Assembly (NCBI GenBank): GCA_048571215.1
Contig: CP182352.1
Coordinates: 192,001-256,000, forward strand
DNA: 64,000 nucleotides
Direction of reading: 5' to 3'
From: Halarcobacter sp.
Lineage (GTDB): Bacteria > Campylobacterota > Campylobacteria > Campylobacterales > Arcobacteraceae
A model generated the notes under the pieces. It was not told the origin of the DNA, ran no database searches, and saw only the letters and a list, made by a program, of their open reading frames with translations. A program made the position numbers and the translations under genes. Positions 1 to 10,386 of this stretch are shown one piece after another. Each line of letters begins with the position of its first letter. Position 1 is the stretch's first letter.

Positions 1-37
1 TGTACAAATATTGTACAAAATAATATTTAGACAATAA

Positions 38-63
38 AAAAAGCCCTATTACTAGGGCTTTTT
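38..63. terminator. Intrinsic terminator downstream of nuoN, probably bidirectional
   Basis: AAAAAGCCCT-attact-AGGGCTTTTT hairpin with A/T tracts on both sides. Confidence 0.8.
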
Positions 64-128
64 AGGCTTATGTCTGCGAGTACATAATTTTTAAAAATTA
101 TGGACATATGTTACTTATTAACACACTG

Positions 129-1634
129 TTATTTTATAAATAGCGATTGTATAGCTGTTTGTGTTAAGTCTATAAGTGTATCAATATTTAATACAGGTAT
201 AAAGAATACTATTGCACTACCAATACCTCCAACAACTGTAACTATTGCTAAAAATCCAATAGCATAAGTTGAGATTCTTTTATCATTAAAATCATTACTT
301 ACACACTCATCTTTTGTAGGATAAAAATACATCATTGCGATAAGTTTGAAGTAATAATATACAGATACAAAAGTTGCAATAATTGCTAATACTGCAAGTG
401 GTGCAAATCCAGCATTTATAGCTTCAGTAAATACATAAAATTTACCGATAAAACCAATAGTTGAAGGGATACCAGCTAGTGAAAATAAGAAAATAGTCAT
501 CATAGCAGCTAAAAATGGTCTCTCTTTTGCTAAACCTTTAAAGTCATCATATGTAACTCTAACTTTTGTCTCAGAGATAATATGTGAGATGATACCAAAT
601 GAACCAAGTGCAGATAATAAATATGCAATAAGATAAAATACAGTTGCATATGCTGCATCAATATTTTGACCAATGGCTATAAATGCTAATAGTAAATAAC
701 CTGTATGAACAATTGAAGATGCTGCTAACATTCTTTTTACAATTTTTTGTGTTATTGCTAACCAAGTACCAAATACTAATGTTAAGATAATGATTACATA
801 AATAATTGAATCCCAGAAATTTATCATAGAACCCATATCTTGTAAAATTGCTCTTAAGAAGAATGAAAAAATCGCAATTTTAAAAGTAGATGCCATATAT
901 GCAGTGATGATCATAGGAGCACCTCTATACACATCTAGAACCCAAGATTGGAATGGGAAGGCTGCAACTTTGAATAGGAACGTAAATAAAATAAGTGATA
1001 ATCCTATATATATAAGTGCTAAATCTCCATTATTATGAGTAGAAATAAAGTTTGCAATCTCTGTTAAATTAGTACTTTGTGCCGCTCCATAAACTAGTAC
1101 AACACCTAATAGATAAAAAGCACCAATAAATGAACCTAAAACTAAATATTTGAAAATAGCCTCAACCCTTTTTGAGTCATCAGTGTTGTACCCAACCATA
1201 ATATAAACTGAAAAAGATGCAATCTCTAAAGCAATATATGCAGTAACTAAATCGTTTGAGTTAGCTAATAACATCATCCCAAATAAAGCAAACAATAAAA
1301 TTGAGAAAAACTCACCTTTAAAGTATGATCTAGATTGAAAATAGTTTTCACCAATTAATAATGTAAGTAAAGTACCACCAATTAATAGTACATTGAAAAA
1401 GTTTGAAAAAGTATCAAATATCAAAACATTATTAAAAACTGAATTGTATGGTTTAACCGAATACAACTCACCAAATGGAATAAAAGTTAAGATAAGTGCT
1501 AATATTAAAACAACAGATGAAACTATAATGTATTGTTTAGTATTAAATTTATTTTCAAACATACTCATAAACATTAAAGCAACAGCCGCTATTAAAACTA
1601 TTGATACAGGTAATATATGTATTAAGTTACTCAT
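129..1634 (-). CDS. nuoN: NADH-quinone oxidoreductase subunit N
   Basis: 501-aa polytopic antiporter-like subunit, [11 protein letters not shown] motif, last gene of nuo operon. Confidence 0.95.
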   Translation of the reverse strand: MSNLIHILPVSIVLIAAVALMFMSMFENKFNTKQYIIVSSVVLILALILTFIPFGELYSVKPYNSVFNNVLIFDTFSNFFNVLLIGGTLLTLLIGENYFQSRSYFKGEFFSILLFALFGMMLLANSNDLVTAYIALEIASFSVYIMVGYNTDDSKRVEAIFKYLVLGSFIGAFYLLGVVLVYGAAQSTNLTEIANFISTHNNGDLALIYIGLSLILFTFLFKVAAFPFQSWVLDVYRGAPMIITAYMASTFKIAIFSFFLRAILQDMGSMINFWDSIIYVIIILTLVFGTWLAITQKIVKRMLAASSIVHTGYLLLAFIAIGQNIDAAYATVFYLIAYLLSALGSFGIISHIISETKVRVTYDDFKGLAKERPFLAAMMTIFLFSLAGIPSTIGFIGKFYVFTEAINAGFAPLAVLAIIATFVSVYYYFKLIAMMYFYPTKDECVSNDFNDKRISTYAIGFLAIVTVVGGIGSAIVFFIPVLNIDTLIDLTQTAIQSLFIK

Positions 1635-3112
1635 TTTGTTGCTCCAATATGTAAAATGTCATTTAAGTAGTGTGTAACAGTTGGTTCAAATTTATCTATG
1701 AAGATATCTGGATAGATACCCATTAAAAATACTAAGAAAACCCATGGTGCTAAACCAATAATCTCTTTGATTTTTAAATCTCTAAATTTTAAATCTGAAC
1801 CCTCTCTATTTTGCAAAATTGCCCTTTGAAACATCCATAACATATATGAGGCACCAATTATTACAGTAAGAGCTGAGATATAACCTAAAGTGTGATTAAA
1901 CTCATAGATACCAAAGATAATTAGTAATTCTGAAACAAAACCATTTGTTCCAGGAAGTCCCACATTTGCAAATAACATAATTGCAAAAATTGTTGTAAAT
2001 ATTGGAGCTTGTTTTGCTAACCCACCTAAGTCTTTAATTGTTTTAAATCCAGTCTCTTCATGAATCAATCCAACAAGTAAGAATAATGCACCTGTTGCAA
2101 TTGCATGGGCAATGATTAAGTATAATGCCCCATTTACACCAAAAGCATTTAGTGAAAAAATACCAGCAGCAATAAAACTTAAGTGTGATGCTGAAGAGTA
2201 TGCAAACATTCTTTTAATATCATCTTGCATAAGTGCTGCAATACCAAAGTAAACAAGTCCAAATAAACCAATAAATACAAACCAGCTTGAGAATTCAACA
2301 TAAATCTCAGGGAAGATTGGAATTAAAAATCTTACAACTGCATAAACTCCAAGTTTTGCCATAATAGATGATAATAAAAATACTGCACCAGTAGGAGCAT
2401 TTTTATATGTTTCCATAATCCAAGTGTGTAATGGGAACATTGGAATCTTAATAGCAAATGCAGAAAGAAAAGCTAAAAATAACCAAATTTGTTCAGTATA
2501 GCTTAGTGTTGTGATTTGTGTAAGTTTATCGTATTGGAATGCCCATTGACCAAACTCATTATGATAAGCAACACCTAAATAGATAATTGCTACAAACATA
2601 AGTAAAGAACCAAGCATAGTATAAACAGTAACTTTAATAGTTGTAAATACCTTGTCTCCAAATCCATAAATACCTATCATTAAGAAAACAGGTAAAAGCA
2701 TAACTTCCCAGAAAAAGTAAAAAAGAACAACATCAAGAGCTAAAAGTGAACCAGTAACACCAGTTTGAACTAATAGCATGTTTATCCAATATCCTTTTGT
2801 TCTACCTTCCCAAAGTAGAAGATATGCTGTTGGAATTAAAATAGCAATCATCATTAGAATTGTTAATGAGAAACCATCAACACCAATATAGTAATTAATA
2901 CCATAAGACTCAATCCAAGGAACATTAGTAACAAACTGCATTCCGGCACTTGGCTCAAAATCGATGTAGATTTTAAGAACAAGTGCTAATATTACAGTAG
3001 TAGTTAGAAATGCTATATTTCTAACTGTTTCTATATGTTTTGTAGTTATCATTAAACCAAAGGCAACAACCGCTGGTAAAAAGATAATAAATGATAAAAT
3101 ATCTGCACTCAT
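1631..3112 (-). CDS. nuoM: NADH-quinone oxidoreductase subunit M
   Basis: [18 protein letters not shown] and [11 protein letters not shown] motifs. Confidence 0.95.
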   Translation of the reverse strand: MSADILSFIIFLPAVVAFGLMITTKHIETVRNIAFLTTTVILALVLKIYIDFEPSAGMQFVTNVPWIESYGINYYIGVDGFSLTILMMIAILIPTAYLLLWEGRTKGYWINMLLVQTGVTGSLLALDVVLFYFFWEVMLLPVFLMIGIYGFGDKVFTTIKVTVYTMLGSLLMFVAIIYLGVAYHNEFGQWAFQYDKLTQITTLSYTEQIWLFLAFLSAFAIKIPMFPLHTWIMETYKNAPTGAVFLLSSIMAKLGVYAVVRFLIPIFPEIYVEFSSWFVFIGLFGLVYFGIAALMQDDIKRMFAYSSASHLSFIAAGIFSLNAFGVNGALYLIIAHAIATGALFLLVGLIHEETGFKTIKDLGGLAKQAPIFTTIFAIMLFANVGLPGTNGFVSELLIIFGIYEFNHTLGYISALTVIIGASYMLWMFQRAILQNREGSDLKFRDLKIKEIIGLAPWVFLVFLMGIYPDIFIDKFEPTVTHYLNDILHIGATK

Positions 3113-3113
3113 C

Positions 3114-5003
3114 TTATAATCCTAAAGAAATATATAAATATATAAAAACACAACTCATACCAATAAGCATAAAGGCCGCGTAAAATCTTACATTTGCATT
3201 TTGTATCATTGCAACTTTTTTACCAAAAGAAACAAACTCATTACAAACACCCATTATAAATCCATCAATAATCTTAGTATCAACTACTTTGTCAATAAAA
3301 GTAGAGATTTTTTTAGAAAATTGAACAAAAATTATGTCATAGAACTCATCAACATAGAATTTATTAGCAATAATCCCTTTTTCATCTTCAGGTTTATAAA
3401 CATCAAAGTTGGCATATTTTTTATAAGCTACAACAATTCCTGCAACTGCTACAACAATAGATAATATCATCAGAATATATTCTGTTGCATGTGACATATG
3501 AATATGTGTAGAGTTAGTTTGTGCTAACCATGTATCAACTAAATGTTCACCTCCAAATATTGCTGGTAAGTTAAGAAAACCTGCTCCAACTGCTCCAACT
3601 GCTAATATAACAAGTGGGAAAGTGATAGTTTTTGATGTATAAACATATTGTTTTGTATGTTTATTTGGCGCTACAAATAAAATAAAATACATTCTAAACA
3701 TATAAAATGCTGTTAAAAATGCTGTAAACATTCCAATTGCCCAGATTAGGTATTGACCCTCTTGGAAAGCTGCTGCTAAAATAGCATCTTTTGAAAAGAA
3801 TCCAGAAAATGGAGGGATACCAGAAATTGCAATAACACCAATTAAGAATGTAATTCCAATAATTGGAAGTTGCACTCTATGTTGTGCCATTTTAAAAATA
3901 TTTTGTTCATGGTGTAAAGCTATAATCATACCACCAGCACCCATGAATAACATCGCTTTAAAAAATGCGTGAGTAAATACATGAAATAGTCCTGAACTAT
4001 AAAAACCTAAACCAACACCTATAAACATATATCCAAGTTGTGACATAGTTGAGTATGCAAGAATTTTTTTAATATCTTGTTGTCTTGTTGCAATTATTGC
4101 TGCAAATAGTGCTGAAAATGCACCAATATAAGCTATAAATGTACCAATCTCTTCAATTCCACTATATAAGAAGTGAAATCTTGCAACCATATAAACCCCA
4201 GCTGTTACCATTGTAGCTGCGTGGATAAGTGCTGAAATTGGAGTTGGTCCTGCCATTGCATCAGGAAGCCACACATATAATGGAATCTGTGCTGATTTAC
4301 CCATAGCTCCAACAAATAGTAGGAAACCTGATAATACTAATAATCCAGTTGGTGCATTATTTATATTTGCTTCAAGGGAAGTAAAGCTTAAGTCAACTTC
4401 TCCTAAAGCAAAGAATAGGGTGATAAGACCTAAAAGAAAACCAAAATCTCCAACTCTATTTGCAATAAAAGCTTTGTTACCAGCTATAACATTATCTTTA
4501 TCAGTATAATAAAAGGCAATTAGTAGGTATGAACAAACACCAACACCTTCCCAACCAATGAAAAGAATAATTGGATTATCTGCTAATACTAGGATTAACA
4601 TTGAAGCTAAGAATAGGTTAAAGTATGCAAAAAATTTACCAAACCCTTTATCTCCTGTCATATAACCAATAGCATAAATATGAATTAACCAACCAACAAA
4701 AGTTACAAACATTGACATGAAAATAGCTAGGTTATCACCTAAAAAGCCCATATTTACATTTAGTGTTCCAATATTTAGCCAAGTAAATAGTGTTTGTTTA
4801 TATGTAATACCACCATCAACCATGCCTAAAAAGATATTTAAAGTTATTAAAAAAGCTATTAAGGGTGTACCTGTACCAATTATAGAGAAAACCAATTCTG
4901 AAACAGGCTTTTTCTTAATGTGATAGAAGTAGATACCACCATTTAATATTGCACCAAGCAGTGGTGCTAATATTATCCAAACAAGAAGCGAAGTATCCAT
5001 CAT
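3114..5003 (-). CDS. nuoL: NADH-quinone oxidoreductase subunit L
   Basis: GKSAQIPLYVWLPDAMAGPTPISALIHAATMV motif. Confidence 0.97.
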   Translation of the reverse strand: MMDTSLLVWIILAPLLGAILNGGIYFYHIKKKPVSELVFSIIGTGTPLIAFLITLNIFLGMVDGGITYKQTLFTWLNIGTLNVNMGFLGDNLAIFMSMFVTFVGWLIHIYAIGYMTGDKGFGKFFAYFNLFLASMLILVLADNPIILFIGWEGVGVCSYLLIAFYYTDKDNVIAGNKAFIANRVGDFGFLLGLITLFFALGEVDLSFTSLEANINNAPTGLLVLSGFLLFVGAMGKSAQIPLYVWLPDAMAGPTPISALIHAATMVTAGVYMVARFHFLYSGIEEIGTFIAYIGAFSALFAAIIATRQQDIKKILAYSTMSQLGYMFIGVGLGFYSSGLFHVFTHAFFKAMLFMGAGGMIIALHHEQNIFKMAQHRVQLPIIGITFLIGVIAISGIPPFSGFFSKDAILAAAFQEGQYLIWAIGMFTAFLTAFYMFRMYFILFVAPNKHTKQYVYTSKTITFPLVILAVGAVGAGFLNLPAIFGGEHLVDTWLAQTNSTHIHMSHATEYILMILSIVVAVAGIVVAYKKYANFDVYKPEDEKGIIANKFYVDEFYDIIFVQFSKKISTFIDKVVDTKIIDGFIMGVCNEFVSFGKKVAMIQNANVRFYAAFMLIGMSCVFIYLYISLGL

Positions 5004-5314
5004 GATTTCTCTCCTTGAGTTAATGTAGTAAAGATATCTGTATCAAGTGATCTTTTTGATCTAAATAATAATATGATTACTGATAAAAATATTGCAGCTT
5101 CAGCAGCAGCAATTGAAATTACCATAATAGTGATAATTTGAGGATCCATATTGAAGTGATATCTTGCAAATGTTATTAGAAATAGATTTACTCCATTTAA
5201 CATAAGTTCGATTGACATATAGATTACAAAGATATTTCTTCTTGCAATTACACCTATAACTCCGATTGAAAAAAGAATCATAGAAACAAAAGCATATGAT
5301 GTTAAACTAATCAT
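5000..5314 (-). CDS. nuoK: NADH-quinone oxidoreductase subunit K
   Basis: SIELMLN and AAAEAA motifs, 104 aa. Confidence 0.95.
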   Translation of the reverse strand: MISLTSYAFVSMILFSIGVIGVIARRNIFVIYMSIELMLNGVNLFLITFARYHFNMDPQIITIMVISIAAAEAAIFLSVIILLFRSKRSLDTDIFTTLTQGEKS

Positions 5315-5826
5315 GCGTCTTCCTTATTCATTTTTTTTCTTCTTGCTAATACAATTGAACCTACAAGTGCAATTAGTAGTAAAATTGAGATTAACTCAAA
5401 TGATATAATCCAATCGTTGTATAATAATTTACCGATAGGTTTAATATCTCCAAAAGAACTCTCTACAAGTTTCATATCTGCATCAGGTAGATTTGAAATA
5501 GCTTTTAAAATTACAATATTAAAAGGGATCATAACTACTACACCTAAAGCAATAAGTGAGAATTTTTTAGGCTCTTTTGGTAAATGTTCATCTTTAATAT
5601 TTAAGAACATTAGTAAAAATAGAATAAGTGTCATAATAGCACCTGCATATACTATTATTTGAACCATAAATAAAAATGTTGCATTAAGTAGTGCAAAAAG
5701 TCCTGCAACTGACATAATAGAAATCAACAAGCCAAGAGCAGAGTACATTGGACTTCTATAAACTAACATTGCTACACCACCAGCAATTGCAAAAAAACTA
5801 AGTGCTAGAAAAATTAAATTACTCAT
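5311..5826 (-). CDS. nuoJ: NADH-quinone oxidoreductase subunit J
   Basis: QIIVYAGAI and FELISILLL motifs; start moved to the ATG of MSNLIF. Confidence 0.92.
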   Translation of the reverse strand: MSNLIFLALSFFAIAGGVAMLVYRSPMYSALGLLISIMSVAGLFALLNATFLFMVQIIVYAGAIMTLILFLLMFLNIKDEHLPKEPKKFSLIALGVVVMIPFNIVILKAISNLPDADMKLVESSFGDIKPIGKLLYNDWIISFELISILLLIALVGSIVLARRKKMNKEDA

Positions 5827-6325
5827 TATCAAAATCCTTTGAACGCTCATAAGACATAAGTTGTTTTTTATCTACTACGAAATCTTCTCTTTTACTAGCA
5901 GTGAAACTAAAAATTCCTGTATCCATTCTAATAGCATCACATGGACAAGCTTCAACACAATATCCACAAAATACACACTCTAATAAATCGATTTTAAACT
6001 CTTTAGGTCTTTTTTCTGCTACTCCATCGAATCTCTCTTGGGCATCAATAAAGATACATTGAGCTGGACATGCAGTTGCACACATATAACATGCCACACA
6101 TTTTTCACTACCATCATCCCATTTTGTTAACCTATGTACACCTCTATATCTATCTGTGATATCTGTTGGTTGAACCTCAGGATATTGTTGCGTTTTTAAC
6201 TTCGATACATCACCTAAATTTTCTTTAAAGTGTGTAAACGTAGTTTTCATTCCCCCTATAATTGCTGGAATGTATAATCTATCTTTTAATGACTTTCCAT
6301 GTCTTGGTACAATTTTAATTCCCAT
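5819..6325 (-). CDS. nuoI: NADH-quinone oxidoreductase subunit I
   Basis: Two CxxCxxCxxxCP [4Fe-4S] motifs; YRGVHRL. Confidence 0.95.
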   Translation of the reverse strand: MGIKIVPRHGKSLKDRLYIPAIIGGMKTTFTHFKENLGDVSKLKTQQYPEVQPTDITDRYRGVHRLTKWDDGSEKCVACYMCATACPAQCIFIDAQERFDGVAEKRPKEFKIDLLECVFCGYCVEACPCDAIRMDTGIFSFTASKREDFVVDKKQLMSYERSKDFDNE

Positions 6326-6326
6326 A

Positions 6327-7610
6327 TTAACTTCCTGACACTACTACAAAAATAGCAGTTATTACAATATTTAGTATTGATAAAGGTATTAATACTTTCC
6401 AACCTAACATTTGAAGTTGGTCATATCTAAATCTTAATAGTGTCCATCTAATCCAAATGAATACAAAATTCATAAAGAAGAATTTAGCGATGAATGTTCC
6501 TATTTGGATTACAGCAGTTGCAATATTTACACCATTTGAACCAAGTCCTGTTATTAAGAACAAGATTAAAATAGCCATTACTACAGCAGTAATTCCCCAG
6601 AAAGCTTTTATTAAGATATTTTTTTCTCTATCTCTTTTGTCGTTAGCATCTAGCCAGTTATAGTTTTTGTTCATCCATTTATTTAAAAAGAATGCCTTGA
6701 TTGGTAAGATAATTATAATTGCTAGAATAACATAGTTGATATTACTTTGAATTGTTTGTGTATCCAACCAAGGGATTTGATAACCACCTAAAAATAGTGT
6801 AACTATAATAGCTGACGAAGCACTCATTGCCGCATATTCACCAACTTGGAAAAGACCAAATCTCATAGCTGAATACTCTGTATGATACCCAGCAACAATC
6901 TCTGATTCACCCTCTGCTATATCAAATGGTGTTCTATTTGTTTCAGCAAAAGCAGTAACTACAAAAATTAATGCTGCAAGTGGTTGCATAAAAATACCCC
7001 AAGCTGGAATAAATCCAAAAAATACTCCACTTTGGGCTTGAACCATTTCACTAAGATTAATTGTCCCATATGTTAATAAAACAGAGATAACAGATAATGA
7101 CATAGCTGCTTCATAAGAGATAACTTGTGCTGATGCTCTAATCCCACCTAAAAGTCCATATTTGTTTTCAGATGAATAACCACCTAAAATAATACCAAAT
7201 ACAGACAAACCTGCAAATGCTAAAAACCACATAATTCCAAGGGTTGTTGGAATTGCTTGCATCATAAAACTTTCCCCATCTATTACCAATGTATCAGAAA
7301 AAGGAATAACTGCCATTGTCATAAATGAACAGAAAAAAACTATTGCAGGAGCAATTGTATATAGAAACTTTTCTTTAATATGTGCTGGAGTAAAATCCTC
7401 TTTAAACACAAGTTTTAACATATCTGCGATTGCTTGAATTAGACCACCTAATCTAATCCCAGCAATATCTGCTCTGTTAGGACCAGTTCTATCTTGCATA
7501 AGACCTGCAACCCTTCTTTCCCACCAAACCATAATTGGAGTTGTTCCAACCGATAAGATTTTAGCAAGAAGAATATTTACAATAATTACTACTATTGAAA
7601 CCGTACTCAT
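6327..7610 (-). CDS. nuoH: NADH-quinone oxidoreductase subunit H
   Basis: ERRV..QDRTGPN and AETNRTPFD..EGESEIVAGYHTEYS motifs. Confidence 0.95.
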   Translation of the reverse strand: MSTVSIVVIIVNILLAKILSVGTTPIMVWWERRVAGLMQDRTGPNRADIAGIRLGGLIQAIADMLKLVFKEDFTPAHIKEKFLYTIAPAIVFFCSFMTMAVIPFSDTLVIDGESFMMQAIPTTLGIMWFLAFAGLSVFGIILGGYSSENKYGLLGGIRASAQVISYEAAMSLSVISVLLTYGTINLSEMVQAQSGVFFGFIPAWGIFMQPLAALIFVVTAFAETNRTPFDIAEGESEIVAGYHTEYSAMRFGLFQVGEYAAMSASSAIIVTLFLGGYQIPWLDTQTIQSNINYVILAIIIILPIKAFFLNKWMNKNYNWLDANDKRDREKNILIKAFWGITAVVMAILILFLITGLGSNGVNIATAVIQIGTFIAKFFFMNFVFIWIRWTLLRFRYDQLQMLGWKVLIPLSILNIVITAIFVVVSGS

Positions 7611-9043
7611 AGACTACCTTTTTCTATCATAGATTTGATATACTCAATTATTGAAGTGATTGACTCCATTGGTTTATCTTTTCTAATTTTTGAAATAACT
7701 TTTTGTTTAATACCTTCAAAGTTGATATATGTTCCACTTTTTTCATAAAATGAAGCAGTTGGAATTACAATATCAGACTTAGTAAGTGTTTCACAATTGT
7801 GAGAGAAACAACTTACAACTTTTTTACCATCTAAAAGTTTTAGATTGTTATCAAAATAGTTGTTACCTAAAATAACAACTGCAGATGCAGCTTTTAATGA
7901 TGAATTAAAATGCTCTTCATCTTCACTAATCTCTAACTCTTTAAATGCAGCTCTATTAGCTGATTTGTCAGATTTTCTTAAATAATCATCTCCAAAACTT
8001 TCATCAAATGAATGTGGAGCATATCCTGTTATATCTGCTTTAATTATTGATGCTAAATTTTTAACATTTTGCATCTCTTCAAGTGAAAGACTCGGGTCTA
8101 ATACAAATAAAATTTTACTTTCAGTTGTTAAAATTTTAAAAGTGTTAGTAATAGCATTATCGAAGTTACTTTCTTCATTTCCAATTTTCGCTTCTAAAAC
8201 TCTATTTTCAGCTTCATTCTTATAAGATAATCTTCCCTCATCACATATAAACCAACCATTAACCGCTTTGTTAACTCTTGGTCTAAATCTAAAGATTTGA
8301 TCATCTTTGTATTTTTCTTTTCTATGGTCCACTTTGATATTACATCCTCTTGCACAACCACTACAGATTGCATCAAAAGATTCCATAAACCAAACTCTTT
8401 GTTTAAATCTAAAATCTTGTGAGGTTAAAGCTCCAACAGGACATAGATCAACAACATTCATAGCATATGGATTATCTAAAGGACGTCCAGGAAAAGTTCC
8501 AATTACAGAATGGTCTGCTCTATTAATAACACCTAACTCATTTGTTTTGGTTATATCAGAACAGAATCTTACACATCTTATACAAAGAACACATCTTTCT
8601 TGGTCAAGCATAACATTGCTTCCAAGTTCAATTCTTTTTCTAGCTGTAACCTTATTGTCTACTTGTACTCTAGAATCATAAAATCCTGATTCCATATAGT
8701 AGTCTTGAAGTTTACATTCTCCAGCTTGATCACATGTAGGGCAGTCAATTGGGTGATTGATTAGTTCTAATTCAAGAATATCTCGTCTAACTTTTTCAAT
8801 ATTCTCACCCTTTGTTCTTACAATCATACCCTCTTTAATAGGAGTATCACACGCAATTTGTGGTCTTTTTTGTCCTTCGATTTCAACCATACACATTCTG
8901 CAGTTACCATCTTTACCTAAGGCTTGGTGATAGCAAAAATGGGGAATATGAATATCTCTGTCTATTAGGGCGTCTATTAAAAGACTCCCTTTCTCTGCAT
9001 CTATTTCTTCCCCATTAACTGATAGTTTAACAAGTTCACTCAT
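7607..9043 (-). CDS. nuoG: NADH-quinone oxidoreductase subunit G, short form
   Basis: PHFCYH..GNCRMC, NHPIDCPTCDQAGEC, CVLCIRCVRFC and CSGCARGC Fe-S motifs. Confidence 0.92.
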   Translation of the reverse strand: MSELVKLSVNGEEIDAEKGSLLIDALIDRDIHIPHFCYHQALGKDGNCRMCMVEIEGQKRPQIACDTPIKEGMIVRTKGENIEKVRRDILELELINHPIDCPTCDQAGECKLQDYYMESGFYDSRVQVDNKVTARKRIELGSNVMLDQERCVLCIRCVRFCSDITKTNELGVINRADHSVIGTFPGRPLDNPYAMNVVDLCPVGALTSQDFRFKQRVWFMESFDAICSGCARGCNIKVDHRKEKYKDDQIFRFRPRVNKAVNGWFICDEGRLSYKNEAENRVLEAKIGNEESNFDNAITNTFKILTTESKILFVLDPSLSLEEMQNVKNLASIIKADITGYAPHSFDESFGDDYLRKSDKSANRAAFKELEISEDEEHFNSSLKAASAVVILGNNYFDNNLKLLDGKKVVSCFSHNCETLTKSDIVIPTASFYEKSGTYINFEGIKQKVISKIRKDKPMESITSIIEYIKSMIEKGSL

Positions 9044-9078
9044 GTTGTGTCATCTCCTTTTTTGACCGCTTAATTTTT

Positions 9079-10365
9079 TTATTTACCTGTGTATAATTGT
9101 CTTGGTCTAGCAATTCTAGCTGTTGAGTCTTGTTTTAATTCTGACCACTGTGTGATCCATCCAACAGTTCTACCAATAACAAAAACTGGTGTAAACATCT
9201 CTACAGGAATTTTAAGAGCTGTTAAAATAACACCTGAATAGAAGTCAATATTTGGATATAAACCTCTTTGTTTGAAATAATCATCTTTTAATGCTGCTTC
9301 TTCTACAGCTGCAGCAACATCTAATAATCTAGAGTCAAGATTTAACTCTTCTCTTAATTTATCTTGTAAACCTTTTAGCGTTTCAGCTCTTGGGTCTCTG
9401 TTTTTATAAACTCTGTGACCAAATCCCATTAATCTAAATGGATCATTTTTATCTTTTGCTTTTGCAATATAAGTTGGTACATTTTTAACATCACCAATTA
9501 ATTTTAATTGATCCATAACTTTTTCATTTGCACCACCGTGAGCTGATCCCCATAATGCAGCAATACCAGAAGCAATTGCAACATAAGGGTGTGCTTCTGT
9601 TGAACCTACATTTCTAACAGTTGTTGTAGAAGCATTTTGTTCATGATCTGCATGAAGAGTAAAAATCGCATCTAAAGCATCAACTTCAACTTGTCTAATA
9701 TCATCATTATGACCATTACCTAGGTATTTCATTTTTCCACCTGGATATGCTCTTAACATATATAAGAAGTTTTCAGTAAAGTATCTATTTACATCTGGAT
9801 AGATTTGTGGAACGCCAATTGAATTTCTATAAGCCATTGCAGCAATAGTTGGTATTTTTGCAACTATTCTTCTTCTCATTTCTTTAAATTGATCTTCATC
9901 TTCTAAATGTAAGTGATCCTTATAAAAAGTTGATAAAGCCATAGTAGCTGCACCAAGTGTTGCCATTGGGTGAGCATGATCTGGAAATGCATCAAAGATT
10001 CTTGTTAAACCCTCATGTACAAAAGATCTATGTCTAATTTCTAAATCAAAACCTCTTGATTCTTCAGGACTAGGAAGTCTACCTCTCATTAATAAATAAC
10101 ATACATCTAGATAAGATTTTTTACCCGCAAGTTCTTGTATTGGGTATCCTCTATATCTTAATTCCGAATTTTCTCCATCAATAAATGTGATTTTTGAATC
10201 ACAAGCTGCAGTTGATGTATAACCTGGGTCATATGTAAACATACCAGAATCTTTATAGAAACTTCTAATATCTACTACATCTGGTCCTCTTGTACCACTT
10301 ATGATATTATACTCATATGCTTTGCCATCTCTGTTATCCGTTAATGTAAATGTATTCTTTCCCAT
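9079..10365 (-). CDS. gltA: Citrate synthase
   Basis: HADHEQNAST, AHGGANE, MGFGHRVYK and NIDFYSG catalytic motifs intact. Confidence 0.96.
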   Translation of the reverse strand: MGKNTFTLTDNRDGKAYEYNIISGTRGPDVVDIRSFYKDSGMFTYDPGYTSTAACDSKITFIDGENSELRYRGYPIQELAGKKSYLDVCYLLMRGRLPSPEESRGFDLEIRHRSFVHEGLTRIFDAFPDHAHPMATLGAATMALSTFYKDHLHLEDEDQFKEMRRRIVAKIPTIAAMAYRNSIGVPQIYPDVNRYFTENFLYMLRAYPGGKMKYLGNGHNDDIRQVEVDALDAIFTLHADHEQNASTTTVRNVGSTEAHPYVAIASGIAALWGSAHGGANEKVMDQLKLIGDVKNVPTYIAKAKDKNDPFRLMGFGHRVYKNRDPRAETLKGLQDKLREELNLDSRLLDVAAAVEEAALKDDYFKQRGLYPNIDFYSGVILTALKIPVEMFTPVFVIGRTVGWITQWSELKQDSTARIARPRQLYTGK

Positions 10366-10386
10366 CTGTTGTTCTCCTTATTTAAA

